Below, one piece after another: positions 40,501 to 54,100 of a stretch of DNA of 64,000 nucleotides (the stretch's first letter is position 1; every line of letters begins with the position of its first letter). Below the pieces are notes generated by a model. The model had not been told where the DNA came from. It searched no databases and worked only from the letters and a program-made list of their open reading frames with translations. Source of the DNA: Dimorphilus gyrociliatus (Eukaryota; Animalia; Annelida). The translations under genes were made by a program, and so were the position numbers. The stretch covers positions 434,001-498,000 of the forward strand of contig CAJFCJ010000012.1 in NCBI GenBank assembly GCA_904063045.1, written 5' to 3'.

Positions 40501-43500
40501 GATGTAGACGAATGTGAAGATGCCAGTATATGTAAAAATGGTGGAAAATGTAATAATACGATGGGCGCTTTCGAGTGTAATTGTACTTCAGAATTTATTG
40601 GTAAAACATGTGAAAATTCAGCAAGTGAATGTGGCTCAGTCGAACTACAACAAAAGTATCTCTTTTTTTTAAATAAATGAACAATAAGATGTTTATACTT
40701 TGATATTTTTTAGATGTGATCAACTGGGTACAGGATGTAAAAATATCGGTAATGTACTAAGATGCTCTTGTCCACCTGGTAAGGAACCAGGAAACAATGG
40801 ACCAGATGATTGTACAGGTTAGTTTTTTTGCCTTTAAAAACTGTACATCTCCAACACTGAAATTGATTTTTTTTGATAGATATTGATGAATGTGCTAATA
40901 ATCCTTGTGTTTCCGATAAATCAACTGATTGTAAAAATTTGGATAATGACTATGAATGTGTCTGTAAACCTCAGTGGACTGGAAAAAATTGTTCGGAAGG
41001 TAGCATTATATGTTTTGAGTTCGTAGCAATCATCACTAATAATATCTATTATTTAAGATTTTGACGAATGCACACTGAAAGGTGATAAGTATCCTTGTAA
41101 AAATGGAGGATCCTGTAATAACACGATGGGAGGATTTAAATGTGGTTGTATTGGTGCTTACTCTGGTGATACTTGTGAAAATAGTATGTAAATGATTAAA
41201 ATTTTAAATAAACGTAGCCTAATTAACTGTAATTATTCACCAGTTACCAAGTTATGCGATTCAAGCCCTTGTAAGAATGGTGGCGAATGTCAGGACAAAC
41301 CGGGTAATTTTTGAAGTAGAACTAATCTATTGATAATGAAAATAATTATATGAATGAAATAACAGGCTTCTTTGAATGTAAATGTCCAAAAGCATGGAAA
41401 GGTAAAGTTTGTCTGGACGATGTTGACGAATGTTCTCTTGAAGCTTCATATTGTAATGGGGGGAATTGTACAAATTTTCCTGGAAACTTTTCATGCGAAT
41501 GCCCTAAGACTAGAACAGGAAAAAGATGTGAATTAGATCTTAATGAATGTAATGATAATCCTTGTGAAAATGGAGCGCCTTGCAAAAATTTGATAAATAC
41601 TGGATACACATGCGAGTGTAATGAGTTCTGGGAAGGTCAAAATTGTGACGTTGATAAAAACGAATGCGGAAATATCAAAATATGCAATGGAGGATACTGC
41701 AATAATACAATAAATGGATATTCTTGTTGGAATTGTCCAGAGTTTTTTGGGGGTAAAAATTGTGCTGATGATCTCAATGAGTGTGAAGTAGATAATCCTT
41801 GTAAAAATGGAGCAACTTGCAAAAACAAAGTTAAAACAGGTTATACTTGCGAATGTAATAAGTATTGGGAAGGAAAAGATTGTGATATTGATATTAATGA
41901 ATGCGATAAAACACCGAATTTATGTCAAAATGAAGGAAATTGCACTAATACTAATGGTTCCTTCGAATGTGCTTGTCCAAAGGGATGGGCAGGTAAGGTA
42001 TGTGAAGAAAGCACTGACATTTGTAGCAAAGGAGGTCTCTCAGAAAAGGAATGTACTTTGGGATGCTTAAAGGATGATCTGGGCGAAATAAAATGTATTT
42101 GCCCATCTGGTAAACGAAATAAGAAAGACTCCCGGACTGAGTGCATTGAAATTGATGATTGTCAAGTTCTTTATCCCTGTCAAAATGATGCAAAATGCGT
42201 AGATAAGTCAAACGATTATGAGTGTATGTGTAAAGCTGGATGGGAAGGAAAGAATTGTAGTAGTGCGTGCACAGGATCCAAATATGGCGTAAATTGTGCT
42301 TTCACTTGCCCTACCAATTGCACCACCTGTGACAAAATTAAAGGTTGTATTGAATGTGACAGCAAAGGTCACGAAGGCCCAAGTTGTAGCGAGGATAAAA
42401 ATGAATGTTTACAACCTCAGGACAACATCTGTACCGACAGGTGCATTAATACTGTAGGAAGTTATCAATGTTCATGCTTCGATGGTAAAGTTCTTGTTGA
42501 TGGAAAGTGCAAAAGTAAGTTCAAATTGTTTTATCATATATAAAATATTAACGTAATCATTTCTATTTTTTTTAGAAATTAAGCGAAAAATTCTGAGGAA
42601 TAAGTATAAGCTGGCCAGAACTTTCAATAATCTCCTACAAGACCCTACATCTACCCAATTTAAAAATCTAGTGTCAGAACTCTTAAATGCGGTAATTAAT
42701 TATGCATAATTATACACTAATCGTATAGTTTAAACAAATCAATTTTTTCTTTCAGTTATTGACATCGTTCAGAGAGCGTTTAGATGGTAGTGGTTTCTTT
42801 GTTAGAGCAATCTATGGCTGGTCTTTTTCACAAGGCAGTATAGTTGTTGATAATCAGATAAACTTACAACAAAATGCCTCTGCTACAAATACATCAGATG
42901 ACAGCAGTTTAGAATCTGTTAGTAAGACTGCCGTCGGAAATAGTTCTAATGATGTAGAAGGGCAGCCGGAACTAGCCGTATCAGATCCCGTTCCTATAAC
43001 TTATAATTTTGAATTGCCAAGAGAGAATTGGAATGCAAACTTATCTGATTCCAATTCGACACTTTTTAAAGTAACAACAAGTAAAATCCAAGCTGATATT
43101 GAATCTGCGTTAAAGAGTAAATTCGGTGATAGTTTCATTTTAACAAAGGATTTTAAATATACGTAAGAATAATAAAATTAGTGCAGGAGTAATTATATAT
43201 TAAGAAACTTTTATTTATCTTTCAGGAATCCAAATTCAAAGGTCAATGCAGAATTTATAATAGAGTTTTCCAAGAGTTATACAGAAGCCGAGATTACACC
43301 AGCCTGGAATGAATCAGGGCTTGCTTACTTTAAAAATGAATGCGAGCCAATATCGCCGTGCTTAAATAGCGGAGCTTGCAAATTAAACAGCAACATGGGC
43401 TATACATGTGAATGTACTAAATTCTGGGAAGGAGATAACTGTGAAACTGATAAAGATGAATGTCAGCAGCAGGGTCTTTGTCAAGGAGCAGGAAGTTTCT

Positions 43501-45809
43501 GCAACAATACCAACAACGGTTATGAATGTGACTGTAATTCAATGAGATCTGGAGATCATTGTGAATTAGGTAATTGAAATGCTTACATAAAAATTACATT
43601 ATAATTTGAATATTTATAAAATAACATGCCCTTACAGATTTTAATGAATGTAACAATAATCCATGCAAAAATGATGGAAAATGTGAGAACAAAAATATGA
43701 CAGGTTTCGAATGTAAATGTGCATCTGGATGGAACGGAACATTTTGTGAGGATGATGTTAATGAATGTGACGCTGGTATATGCCAGAACAATGGAGTGTG
43801 CAATAATACCATGGGTAGTTTTGAGTGCAACTGCACTTCTGAATATAAAGGATCCATGTGTGAAATACATATTGGAATCTGCAATACTGAAAAATTAAGA
43901 AACGACTGTTCTTTGGGTTGTGAGAACGTTACAATTTCTGGAACAGCAGTTGTAAGATGTAAGTGCAAAGATGGCGAAAAAGGCAAAGAAAATGATATCT
44001 ACGAATGTGAAGACATCGATGAATGCCAATCTAATCCTTGTCTAAATGGTGCAACATGTAAAAATCAAGATGCTAATTATACATGCGAATGTACAGATGG
44101 ATATATTGGCAGAAATTGCAGTCAAAAATGTTCAGCTGGATATTGGGGTAAGGAATGTGCAAATTCATGTGCTGGTTACTGCAACAATACCCTTCCTGAA
44201 TATTGTCATAATGTAGAAGGCTGTAAAGTCTGTAAAAATGTGCATGCGACAGGATCAAAATGTGACAAAGATGTGGAAGGATGCGTTAACAATTTTTGTA
44301 ATGGTAATAGATGCGTAGAAAGACTATTCGAAGCCTCAACTTGTGAATGCTACGATGGACAAACATATAATAACATCACAAATACCTGCAAATCTCTCAA
44401 AAATCATATTGTAGGACTCCAAGTTACATTTACTAAAAAGATTTTTACGAGTGATCTTTTGGATTTTAATTCTACTGGTTATAAGACATTGGTCGAAACT
44501 ATTATAAATTCCATTAAAGATTCATTAACAGCTTTTGCCAACGATCTTAATGGGAGATTTAAAACACTACAAAATTTCCGTTTCTCAAATGGAAGTATTG
44601 TCGCCGACTTCGATGCAATATTATCAGACTCAACTGAAAATGCTGCTCTTAAAATTCCACAATCTAAGTTGGCAGATTTAGCAACAAATATTAAAAATGA
44701 TCTTGGAAACGACTCTGTTACTGTAACTGCCCCGGAAGGTTTGTCATTTTATATTTTTTATTTGAAAAAGTTGTATTGTAACATATGTTAAACTTTTACA
44801 GTTAGAGAACCTACACATGTTAGAGTTCTTTTCAAATTGAGTGAAATATTCATTCAGGAGTATTCCGTTAAATTCAGTAAAGAATACAATAAATTAACTG
44901 ACAGAATTCAAGGCAAGATAAACGTAGCAATAGCTGGGAACGCAAGTTTGTCACAGGGTTTCCTACATACCAAAGATTTTGTTTACTCAAAAGGCTCTAT
45001 CATCGTTCATTTTTATGCTACTTTTTCGAGCAAAAAAGAGGACGCTCCGTCAGCAAAGGACATTTTTGATACTATTCGACAAAACACTGATTTAAATGTG
45101 TTAGAACATTCAGAACAGTCTCCAACAGATGACGAAACTTGGAAAATAGTTGTTATTGTTGTCTCTGTTGTCTTTTTCGTCCTCCTTCTTACTCTTGGCC
45201 TTATCTATTTCTTGCATAAATCTGGAAAACTCGGAGATTCAGTAAGTGAATACTCATCTGACACAGCATCAGAGAGTAAAGATTATAGTTATGATCATGA
45301 CATGAAAAATAAATTGTTTCCCCGGCCGCAAATGAGAACTTGGCAGACTCAGGAGGGTATGACAAGAGATCAAGGAGGGCTGGAAGCAGACAACCGTATA
45401 GATCCTAAGGAAGGTCCTGTGGATGAAAACGTCGTAAGTAAAACTATTATGAGAAATCTTTACGAACACATTTAAAAACATAAACTGATTTTTAGGATTG
45501 GCGAATACTCAAGAATTTTAGTAAAAAAGCTGGAGAAGGTATGGCAAATCGAAGATACGCCGAGCAACCTTTCCAGGTAACATTAAAATAAAATTCGGGT
45601 TATTTGGTGAAGATACATTATTTCTTTTATTTTCTTTTTAGGGAAATAATAACTCACATCCCACTGGATATAATAGCTACGAAAGTAATGGACAATCAGT
45701 TCCAACAAGCAACTGGGTATGTAGAAATATTTTAAAAAATGAAAACTGTATAAATTTAATATTTTAAATAAAAATGTTTCAGGACTGGTCAATATCTCAA
45801 GCGCCATAA
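31578..45809 (+). CDS. Giant transmembrane mucin (roughly 4000 aa): SP, PTS repeat, EGF, furin-like, NIDO, AMOP, VWD, EGF array, SEA-SEA, EGF array, SEA-SEA, TM, tail
   Basis: Signal exon 31578-31647. NIDO (IAPLWVD, WAFIVTW, NTFQLLL), AMOP (PCPCS, TCCY), VWD (GFGDPH at ~36295-36312), dozens of EGF/EGF-Ca units, SEA GSIV motifs and TM IVVIVVSVVFFVLLLTLGLIYF. The 3' end is spliced to a TAA at 45807-45809; the end is less certain. Confidence 0.9.
32070..33790 (+). repeat. Coding minisatellite, 126-bp (42-aa) unit, 14 copies
   Basis: The unit-start CCT codon recurs every 126 nt (32070, 32196 ... 33708). Unit: PEVYSTNTQDMSMGTMDSSKTPMDEEVTDMPYSSTSSDASAT. Confidence 0.97.
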
Positions 45810-46221
45810 ACTTTTGGGATAATTTAGCATATCCTTGAGAACAATTCTATAAATATTTTAATAAATTTAGACAAAACAAAACTGTGTGCTTTTAACAAAA
45901 TGAATTATTTTCTTTTTCATAAAAACTTTAATGTATGGTATAACTAATTATTTTATTGTTAGTTTTTAATGGGGGGTTATTTTGTTGGATATTTCTTATT
46001 CAAATATAAAGTACAAAGTGCCAAAAAAGTAAATGTTTATAAAAGAATATTTATTTGATTTTCTTCAAAATCAATGTGCATATCACAGAAAGTACTTATC
46101 GCACCAGATAATACTGATAATTTAGGAGATAAGAAAAAAATCATCATCATATTATTATTATTATTAAAGATATATGTATAGAGTGCAAATTTTTTTGCTC
46201 TTCAAGCCAACAAAATCAAAT

Positions 46222-47272
46222 CTAGTGACAAGGCGATCTGGAAGCCGTTCCAAATGGAGATGGCTCTTTTCTTAACCATGGAGTATTTCGTCTAAATCCA
46301 AAATTACCGTTGAAACCAATGACAGGCTTTACCCCTTGCATAAATTGTCCATGTCCATCGATTGTTTCTCTCGAATGTCCCATACCACTTTGATTTCTTA
46401 GTAAGAGATAATGCGAACCTGGACCCTCTCTAGCAAATCTGTCCATAGTTTTTCCTTCTATGGACGTGTCTTCCGGCTTTTTCTGATTTTTACAAAAAAT
46501 AGTATTACATTAATTTTATAAGGAAATTAAAAGAATACTTAAACACGGAAATAACTACTTCTAACGTCATTAGACAAGCCTATATTTTATCTAAGATTAC
46601 TTAGTATCGCACGATGTACTTATAATCTTTATAAACTTTTGAATATATTAGTGAAAACGTCTAATTTTATTGGTATAATGATAAAATATCAGGCTAATTT
46701 CATATTTTATGGCTTTTTTCTACTGAACTCGGCCCCTTCACAAATAATAAAGGCCTAATAAACGTCAGCAGTCTACTGATTAACTGCTACAGATCTTATG
46801 ATCTAGTATCAAACTATGAGAAAATATCATTTAGCTACATGCATTTTATACAGTCTTGAACGGTGGTTGATATATAGTAGTCATGGTCCTATTTTAGGAC
46901 ATTAGATAAAAAGCAAGATTTACGAGATAGCTAAATTTTCTTTATATCTACCTGTCTAGTTTTGTCCAAAGTCTCTTCAACCCCGAAAAAACGGAAATAA
47001 GTATCGCAATGCTTATCTCTCTGAGAATTATAAGGGGGTATAACTGGTCCTAGCTTTGGATTAGTTTTTGAATAATCAATCGAAATGGAGCTTGAAGCAA
47101 CAGAGTCCAGAACAAAGTTCTTTTCTTTGGTTTGTAGCGCTTGAGGAGGGGGTGTTGGAGGGGTTTTATAAATTTTATTTACGCTCCTTCTTGGTGACCC
47201 AGAAGCTCGTCTCGGTGATTGGTTTCGTTGGCTTGGTGCTTTATCTGATTTAGTAGGCTGGTTTTCCGTCAT
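46222..47272 (-). CDS. C17orf98: C17orf98/SPMAP1 (DUF4542) homolog, ~193 aa, 2 exons (47272-46952, 46482-46222)
   Basis: EKNFVLDSVA...IPPYNSQRDKHCDTYF and GFNGNFGFRRNTPWLR match the human protein as I recall it (EKGFILDGVA...IPPYNAQQDYHARSYF; GFNGRFGYRRNTPALR). Confidence 0.82.
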
Positions 47273-47425
47273 CTTTGTCCAGACGTAGATCCTAAAAATG
47301 AAAAATATTAGTTGATTACTCTACCTCTTCAGTTAATATGACTTCAGTAGAATCTACTTTACTATCTACTGAAGAAATTAAAAATTTACTATCAAGATTA
47401 ACCAAGAAACAAGTCGACTTGAGTA

Positions 47426-47437
47426 GTTGCTAAGGAC
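47426..47437 (-). promoter_or_regulatory. Possible RFX X-box upstream of the C17orf98-like gene
   Basis: GTCCTTAGCAAC lies ~155 nt upstream of the ATG. The right half-site is good and the left is imperfect; ciliary genes are typical RFX targets. Confidence 0.3.
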
Positions 47438-47554
47438 GAATTCGATCAATAGATGAATAATAGAATCGGATATTATCCTACTATTGAACGCTTATAGGCC
47501 ATGTGACAATCTTTAGTTTTTTACCCCACCTAGTGGTATCTGTTTACTTTGACA

Positions 47555-49123
47555 CTAAGCAATCTTTCTTTCAAGTATATGACTTTTTTGTTCAAGAAAA
47601 TTTAAAGAAATAGGAATATTCACCGGTCTCGTAACTTTCAGATGATCCTTAACTTTTTGATTACTAAAATACCATCGTGTATGTTGGTCAAAGAAAGCAT
47701 CGTATTTCGGCAACAAGTCGCGATACCTTATAAGAAAAAATTAGATTATAAGCTAATATTTTATCATATATTTTTTATGTTAAAAAAATTGTTTATTTTA
47801 ATTCAAATTGGAGATATAACCTTTGCTTAGAATGGCTTGCTAGTATTGCGTCATTCACAAATGATTCTTCCCTCTTTCGATGTAGGACTGTATCCTCTTT
47901 GCTGATACTTCTAAGCATAGATGATCTTATTAAAGGTTCTTCCAAAGGTATTAGCGGCAATTTCTTTTCGCTTGATGTTGGAGATAAAGAAGACTTTGAA
48001 TCTTGCCTGCCAAATCCTTCTTGAGAATTTCCAAATGTCATTTCGTCCTAAAATAAAGACTATTACGTCAGAAATGCAAAAAAAAGGAGTTAAAACAAAA
48101 CTTTTTCTATTTTTTTTTTATTACTTTTTTTTAATATACCATTTTTTTATCTTATTAAACACTTGAGATATTAGTATAAAAAACATAGCTTACGAGAACA
48201 AATTTAAAGAGTTTATGGATTGTTTGTAAATGAAATATTAAATGTTTCGTTTAGTTCGAGTTATTAAGTGCTAAATAAGATTAATATTAAAAATATTATA
48301 TATTCAAGTTTTTAGAACTTGAATATATTACAGTTTAAATAAAAAGATAAATTGTCTATTTACCTGAAATTCCTTAGGTTTCTTCCAATTAGTTGTATAG
48401 CAAACTGGATAGAGAGGTTTCCAAAATTTCTTTTGTTTTTGTACCATATTACTAACTCCTCGTTTGTTGAAATATGTTTTGCAAGCAGGATCCTTTGTAG
48501 CATCGTATGGTGGTAATAGATTCCTAGTTGTTTTGGCTTATTAAAGAAATAGGTGATAAGTCAAGTTTTTAATAACGTTCAATAACTCTGATAATATTAG
48601 ATACAAACTTGCTGAAATTGCATCATTGATGAAACCATCTTTGAAGTCTTCGCTTTTAGTTGTACTTTTTCTTGATTTTGCCTCTTCCGCAGCTCTTTTA
48701 TCTTTTAAATCTTCTACAAATTTTTTGTCTTTTCCCTCATCTTCCATAGCTTTCTTTTTTTTCTCCTCCTCCGCATATTTTCTATCTTCTTCCTGAACAA
48801 TTATTTACATGAAAAAAATAAGGAAAATGCTTTCCTTTGTAATCCACACCTGAAAGAGAACTTACCAGAGTTATTTTTAACAACTTTTGTACTCTAGGAC
48901 TGCCAAAGTAAGATTGGCATGCTCTATCTGCTGTTGCTGAATATTCCGGTATGATAGGCTTCTTCCTTGGTTTATTATATATTGAAACACTCACGCCATC
49001 ATTAACAAAAGGACTCTCATGCACAGCTCGTTTAGTTTTTATTGGTTTTGGAATAACTGCAGGAGGAATAATCATGGGCTTCCATGTAACCTTTATAGGT
49101 GAAACTTCTGCTGCCTTCGACAT
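47555..49123 (-). CDS. Protein with three copies of the DUF4542 N-terminal motif, 5 exons; 3' end uncertain
   Basis: In-frame splicing gives three F(V/I)ND..........P.Y....D.....YF units separated by charged linkers. Confidence 0.72.
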
Positions 49124-51114
49124 TATCAAAGTTTGGAGGAATAGTGCCTAAATTATTCTAAAGCGGTTGACTCAAGTCTCTAAATATTGATAATGATTTA
49201 GATAAGTTTTAAATGTAAACTTATCAGATTTTTAGCTTGATATATTGTGCATTGGACTAAGCTTAAAAAAGATAAGAATTTAGTGACTTTATTTATGATT
49301 ATAGATATGTAGGTCGACCGATGACCTTCGCAGTTTTAGATTTTTGATAGCGTAAATAAAAATATAAACATAAGATTCAATTATTAATGATCGTTTAATT
49401 GAAAATTAGTATACTTATTTGAAAAAAAATTGATAAAAAGAATTTATCTCTATCATTTTCATTCATTAAATTTATTCGTTTTTTATTAAAGTTTATCTAT
49501 AAGAAAAGTAAGAAAAAACCTTATTTCCTCAAATCACATTCTATGCAGGAAAACGTATTTGGAAAAGTTGTAATAAATTACGGGAAACTTTTTTAATCAT
49601 TTTTCTGTAAATAATTTATTCAGAAAGCACTAAGCCTTAATCTCCTTAAGATTAGTTTGTCTATAAACTGATATCCCTTACAGATAATCATTTGGAAGTG
49701 CTAATAAAGGTATAAAAATGTGAAAAAGGTAATTTATAACAATTTAATAAACTTATTAAAGATTATATATCTTTCAGATATTGTATCTAAAGAGACGATA
49801 ATTAATCAATTTACGTCATTACGATATATATGCCATTCCAATTGGGTATATAGTATAATTTCCGTAGGCCTAATTAGAGACTTATTGTTACACATACTTC
49901 AAAAGGAAATGATGAAATCGATCCTAGTAAACTTAAAAATCATAGTTAAAAGCAATATTATAAGATTTAAGGTGAACAAAGAAAAAAAAAGAAAATGTCG
50001 GTCAAAAACTTTTGTAGATTAATAAAAAAAATAAATTCGAAGAAACTCCATTAAAGAAATTCTGTGATAATTGTCAGTTGCGACCTTGTAGCTTTTTAAT
50101 TACTTTTTTTTTTGCTTGGTGATGTCAATGCCCTATTAGACACGTATCGTCTGTTAATTTGTAAAATTTACTCTTATATTATTACAACTAATGACTCTTT
50201 AATCCTTTAAACATATATAAAATTTATTAAATAAAATAAGAAAGCAATTTTTGCTTATTTGTTTTGCTTTTATTTCTTTTTTTCTTATGATAAAATAGTC
50301 TTTTCAAGATAATTATTTTCTAGCATAAATGCCATTTTGAGTAAATTTATCAACAAATATTTTATACGTGGTGGGGGGGAGCTAATACTTTTTAAAATAA
50401 CTTTAAAGCTCGTTAAGTATAAGTAAACTTTAATTAAAACATGTTTTTATAGATTATATTCTCTTCGAGTCTTCTTGATTCAATATTTAGAATAAATTGA
50501 ATTAACTTTCTATTAAGTATTATAAATAAACTATCTACGTGACTAGAAAGAGACAAATTACTAATATATATTTTGTAGACTTGACGAGTCAGCCAGCTCC
50601 ATCTACAATCTATTTTGAACGTTTTTTCAAAGCTATATTACAAAAGTAAAGAATGAACATTTAAGAAATATTTTTAGGTAAATAAGGCGGATCGTTTACA
50701 ATTTCTCATTGACACAAAGCCAATTAGCAAATCGTAAAAGTCTTATAGACCTATTATTATATACAAAAATGACTCTCATCTAAAAAGAGAGGAGAAAGTT
50801 AACAAGAATACTAAATAATCGATCACTAGTCTATTCCTTAAAGACTATAATGGTAGAACAATAGAGATAATGGTCGTAGTATGCCATTAGCTTTGAACGA
50901 CCTTTTCCTAATCGGCATCTAGAATTACCTTAACGACCAACCAATGTTTATGGTAACAAGGAGCGTCGATATTTTACATAAATATTAGTTGACAGTCATT
51001 TTACTCTTGAAAGTTTCATTGAATGAAGGAAATATACCATTTCAATGAAGAAAACAATCATTTTCCTGAAGGATTGTTAAAACGGATTTATCTACAAACT
51101 TTCTACTTAACATT

Positions 51115-54100
51115 ATGCAGCCAAGGATTTATTTTATATACTTTGTGTTTAATTTTTTAAACATATTAAGTAAGCAGAAAATTTTCTATTTATGAATAAA
51201 CAAAAGTATATTTGTATTAATATATGTATAAATATATATTAATATATCTTTAGGTTATGAATAGATACTATATATAAATTAATTGAGCTTCATATATACT
51301 CGTATATTGATAGACAAAAAAAATTTATTTACATATGTGTTAATAAAGCTTTAGGAATAAGTCAAGTCAACTATATATATATACTAGAGGCCAAACTTGA
51401 GAATTGGCAAAATGCGAATGAGACTTGCTTCTCCAAAAATGGTACTTTAGCTTCGGCAGTATCTTTTGAAGAGGATGAAGCCCTAAAAACGGCCATGTTC
51501 AATGATGGAATGGTCGATATATGGCTTGGGGCAAGGAAAACTGAAAGTGACTGGTTATGGATTACTGGTAATATATTCTATTTGTAGTATTATTCGCTAT
51601 AAAATATCGATTATTTTCCAATAACCAAACACTCTATTGTCAAAACTACATTTACAGACAAAGTAAGAGTGTCAGGACAAGGGTGCTATTCGGATTTTGT
51701 CTTTCAAAGAGATTTAAATATAAGAAAGACTTTACTGCATCTAACACCTACAAAATGTATAAATGAATGCGAAAGAAGTGGATATTTATACGCTGGTTTG
51801 CAATCAAAAACTGAATGCTATTGTGGGAATGAATACGGGAAGTATGGAAGATCAACAGGATGTACTATACCATGTGATGGTGACTCAACAAGACATTGTG
51901 GGGGATGGGGAAAGAATTTTATTTACCGAGTGGACGGTTAGTTTTTTTCTTTTAATATTTATTAATGTTATTAATATATATATATATTATTACATATACT
52001 GTATACGATATATGCTTTATATATAGAATATAGAGTATTAATATTCTCTAAGGCTCTTTTGCACATATTTCAAAAATTCAGTTTGATAATATAATAATAA
52101 CATTTTGCAAGTGCATACGAAAAAAACTTCTGTTCTTTTTCCTTCTATCTTTTTATATAAATTATTGATTTCTCATTATTTTATATATTTTGTCAGCTCC
52201 AACAGCAAAACATGTAAAACTATACTATTCATTTTCTAAAATGTTTCTAAAATTAACTTTTCTATGGCTAGAATTTCTATTTCCTTAGTTTATTTTTAAA
52301 CAATACAATGTCATAATACATATTATTACGGCGAGTAACATGAAAAGATCCTCTTTGTACTTTTATTATTTATCAAAGTTCCACAGATAATAACTCTTAT
52401 ACTTGTTTGTTTTCTCTGTCTAGGATCTTTCATTGAATGGTCCTATAATGAACCTAATGATAAAAATCAATACGAAGCATGTGCTACTCTTAGTGTTCTT
52501 GCCGATGAAAACAAAATATCTGATGAAAATTGCGATATGAATACATTTAGATATATTTGCGATATTCGTCTGTATAATTTATTTTTTTCATGTTAGAATT
52601 AAAATATTGTTAATAAAACTTTTGAATTGTTTTAATAGCTCGGGAAAATTGTACAAATTCTAATTCCTTATTCATAAATACGGAAAAGGGATGTTTTTAT
52701 TATTCTTCCAATACCGCAACATTTTACGATGCAAGAGAAACCTGCAGAAATCTCGGAGGAGATATAGTAAAAATAAAAGATAGGAGAACTTTTGATATTT
52801 TAAAAGCATTTTTAGGAGATAAAAGAAAATTTTATAAGCATTGGATAGGTTTAGTTAGCAGCTATTGGACTTGGATAACTGGTGATAAAACACTAACACA
52901 ATTAATCAATTTTTAATGTGATAATATCTATTTTCTTAATAAGGTGAAGAACTTTTATACTACAATTGGCATTCATCAAATCCGAAGAACAGAAATGAAC
53001 ATTGTTTAATAAAATCTGCGGAAAACAACTATCAATGGTTGGATGAGAACTGTAATTCGAAGAAGCGTTTTTATTGTCAATATGATAAAGGTTTATTCTA
53101 TATCCATGTTATGAAGATATTTTATAGATATTACGTGAACAGATATCACTACAACTTCTGATGGAGTAACAACATCAGTAACAACAACTGTAGAATTTTC
53201 TTCTACTATGAATATAACAAATGCAACCCAAACAGTAGAAACTACTGAATTTACAACAGTAGAATCTACAAAAATTAGTTCAACTAAAAAAGTTTCAACA
53301 CTAAAATCGACGAAGAACAAGCCAACAACCACACAATCTACTACAAGAACTTCAACTCAAGAAACTAATTTTTCTTCTGCTGAACTCTCTTACAGTACTA
53401 CGGTTGCAGTAGGAGAGTCAACGAAAAATGAACTCACACTTGGATTATTTCATTACAGTAAGTAATAAACAAGATAAATTCAGAGCATGATAATGAGATG
53501 TATATAATTCACAGTAATCATCACAGTAATTATATTAATATGTCTGGTTGCTATTCCAATTTCTATAATAGCATGTTATTCTTATAAAAAATTGAAAACG
53601 TAAGATTTTGAAACATTTCTCAATGCTTAAATTCTAAAAAACATATCTTAAAATCTGCTTCTTCAGAAACAAAGTTGAACCAAAGACGAAAAATAATACT
53701 CCAACATCACTGTCTATTATTGACGATATTGGTATAAACAGCCATTTTGATATATAGCATTAATATTAAAATTAAACTATTGCTACAGGGCATTGTACGT
53801 TATCTGCATCAGGCGTTGAAGCTGGACTGTTACACAATCAAGTTAAAGTATCCCCGAAATTAGCAACTTTTAAAGAAGAGGATGAAACATCAGATAATAT
53901 TGACTATCGCCACGAAAGAACTTCATCACCAGGTGTAAATGATAACAGAATGATTGTGCACTTACCTCAAGAGCGTAAAATAGTTGAAAGTGATATAGAG
54001 AATGATAATGCCGTATTTAACCATGTACAACAAACAAGTACTCCAAAATTATTGACAGATACCTACACAACTAATTTGGTAGTGGAGAATGAGCAGCCAA

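Noticed and set aside
37248-44258. Many minus-strand and off-frame ORFs across the EGF arrays
   Set aside because: Shadows of the mucin exons with no independent motifs or splice logic.
49312-49330. AGGTCG-n5-TGACCT inverted nuclear-receptor-like half-sites
   Set aside because: Single imperfect instance with atypical spacing; unsupported.
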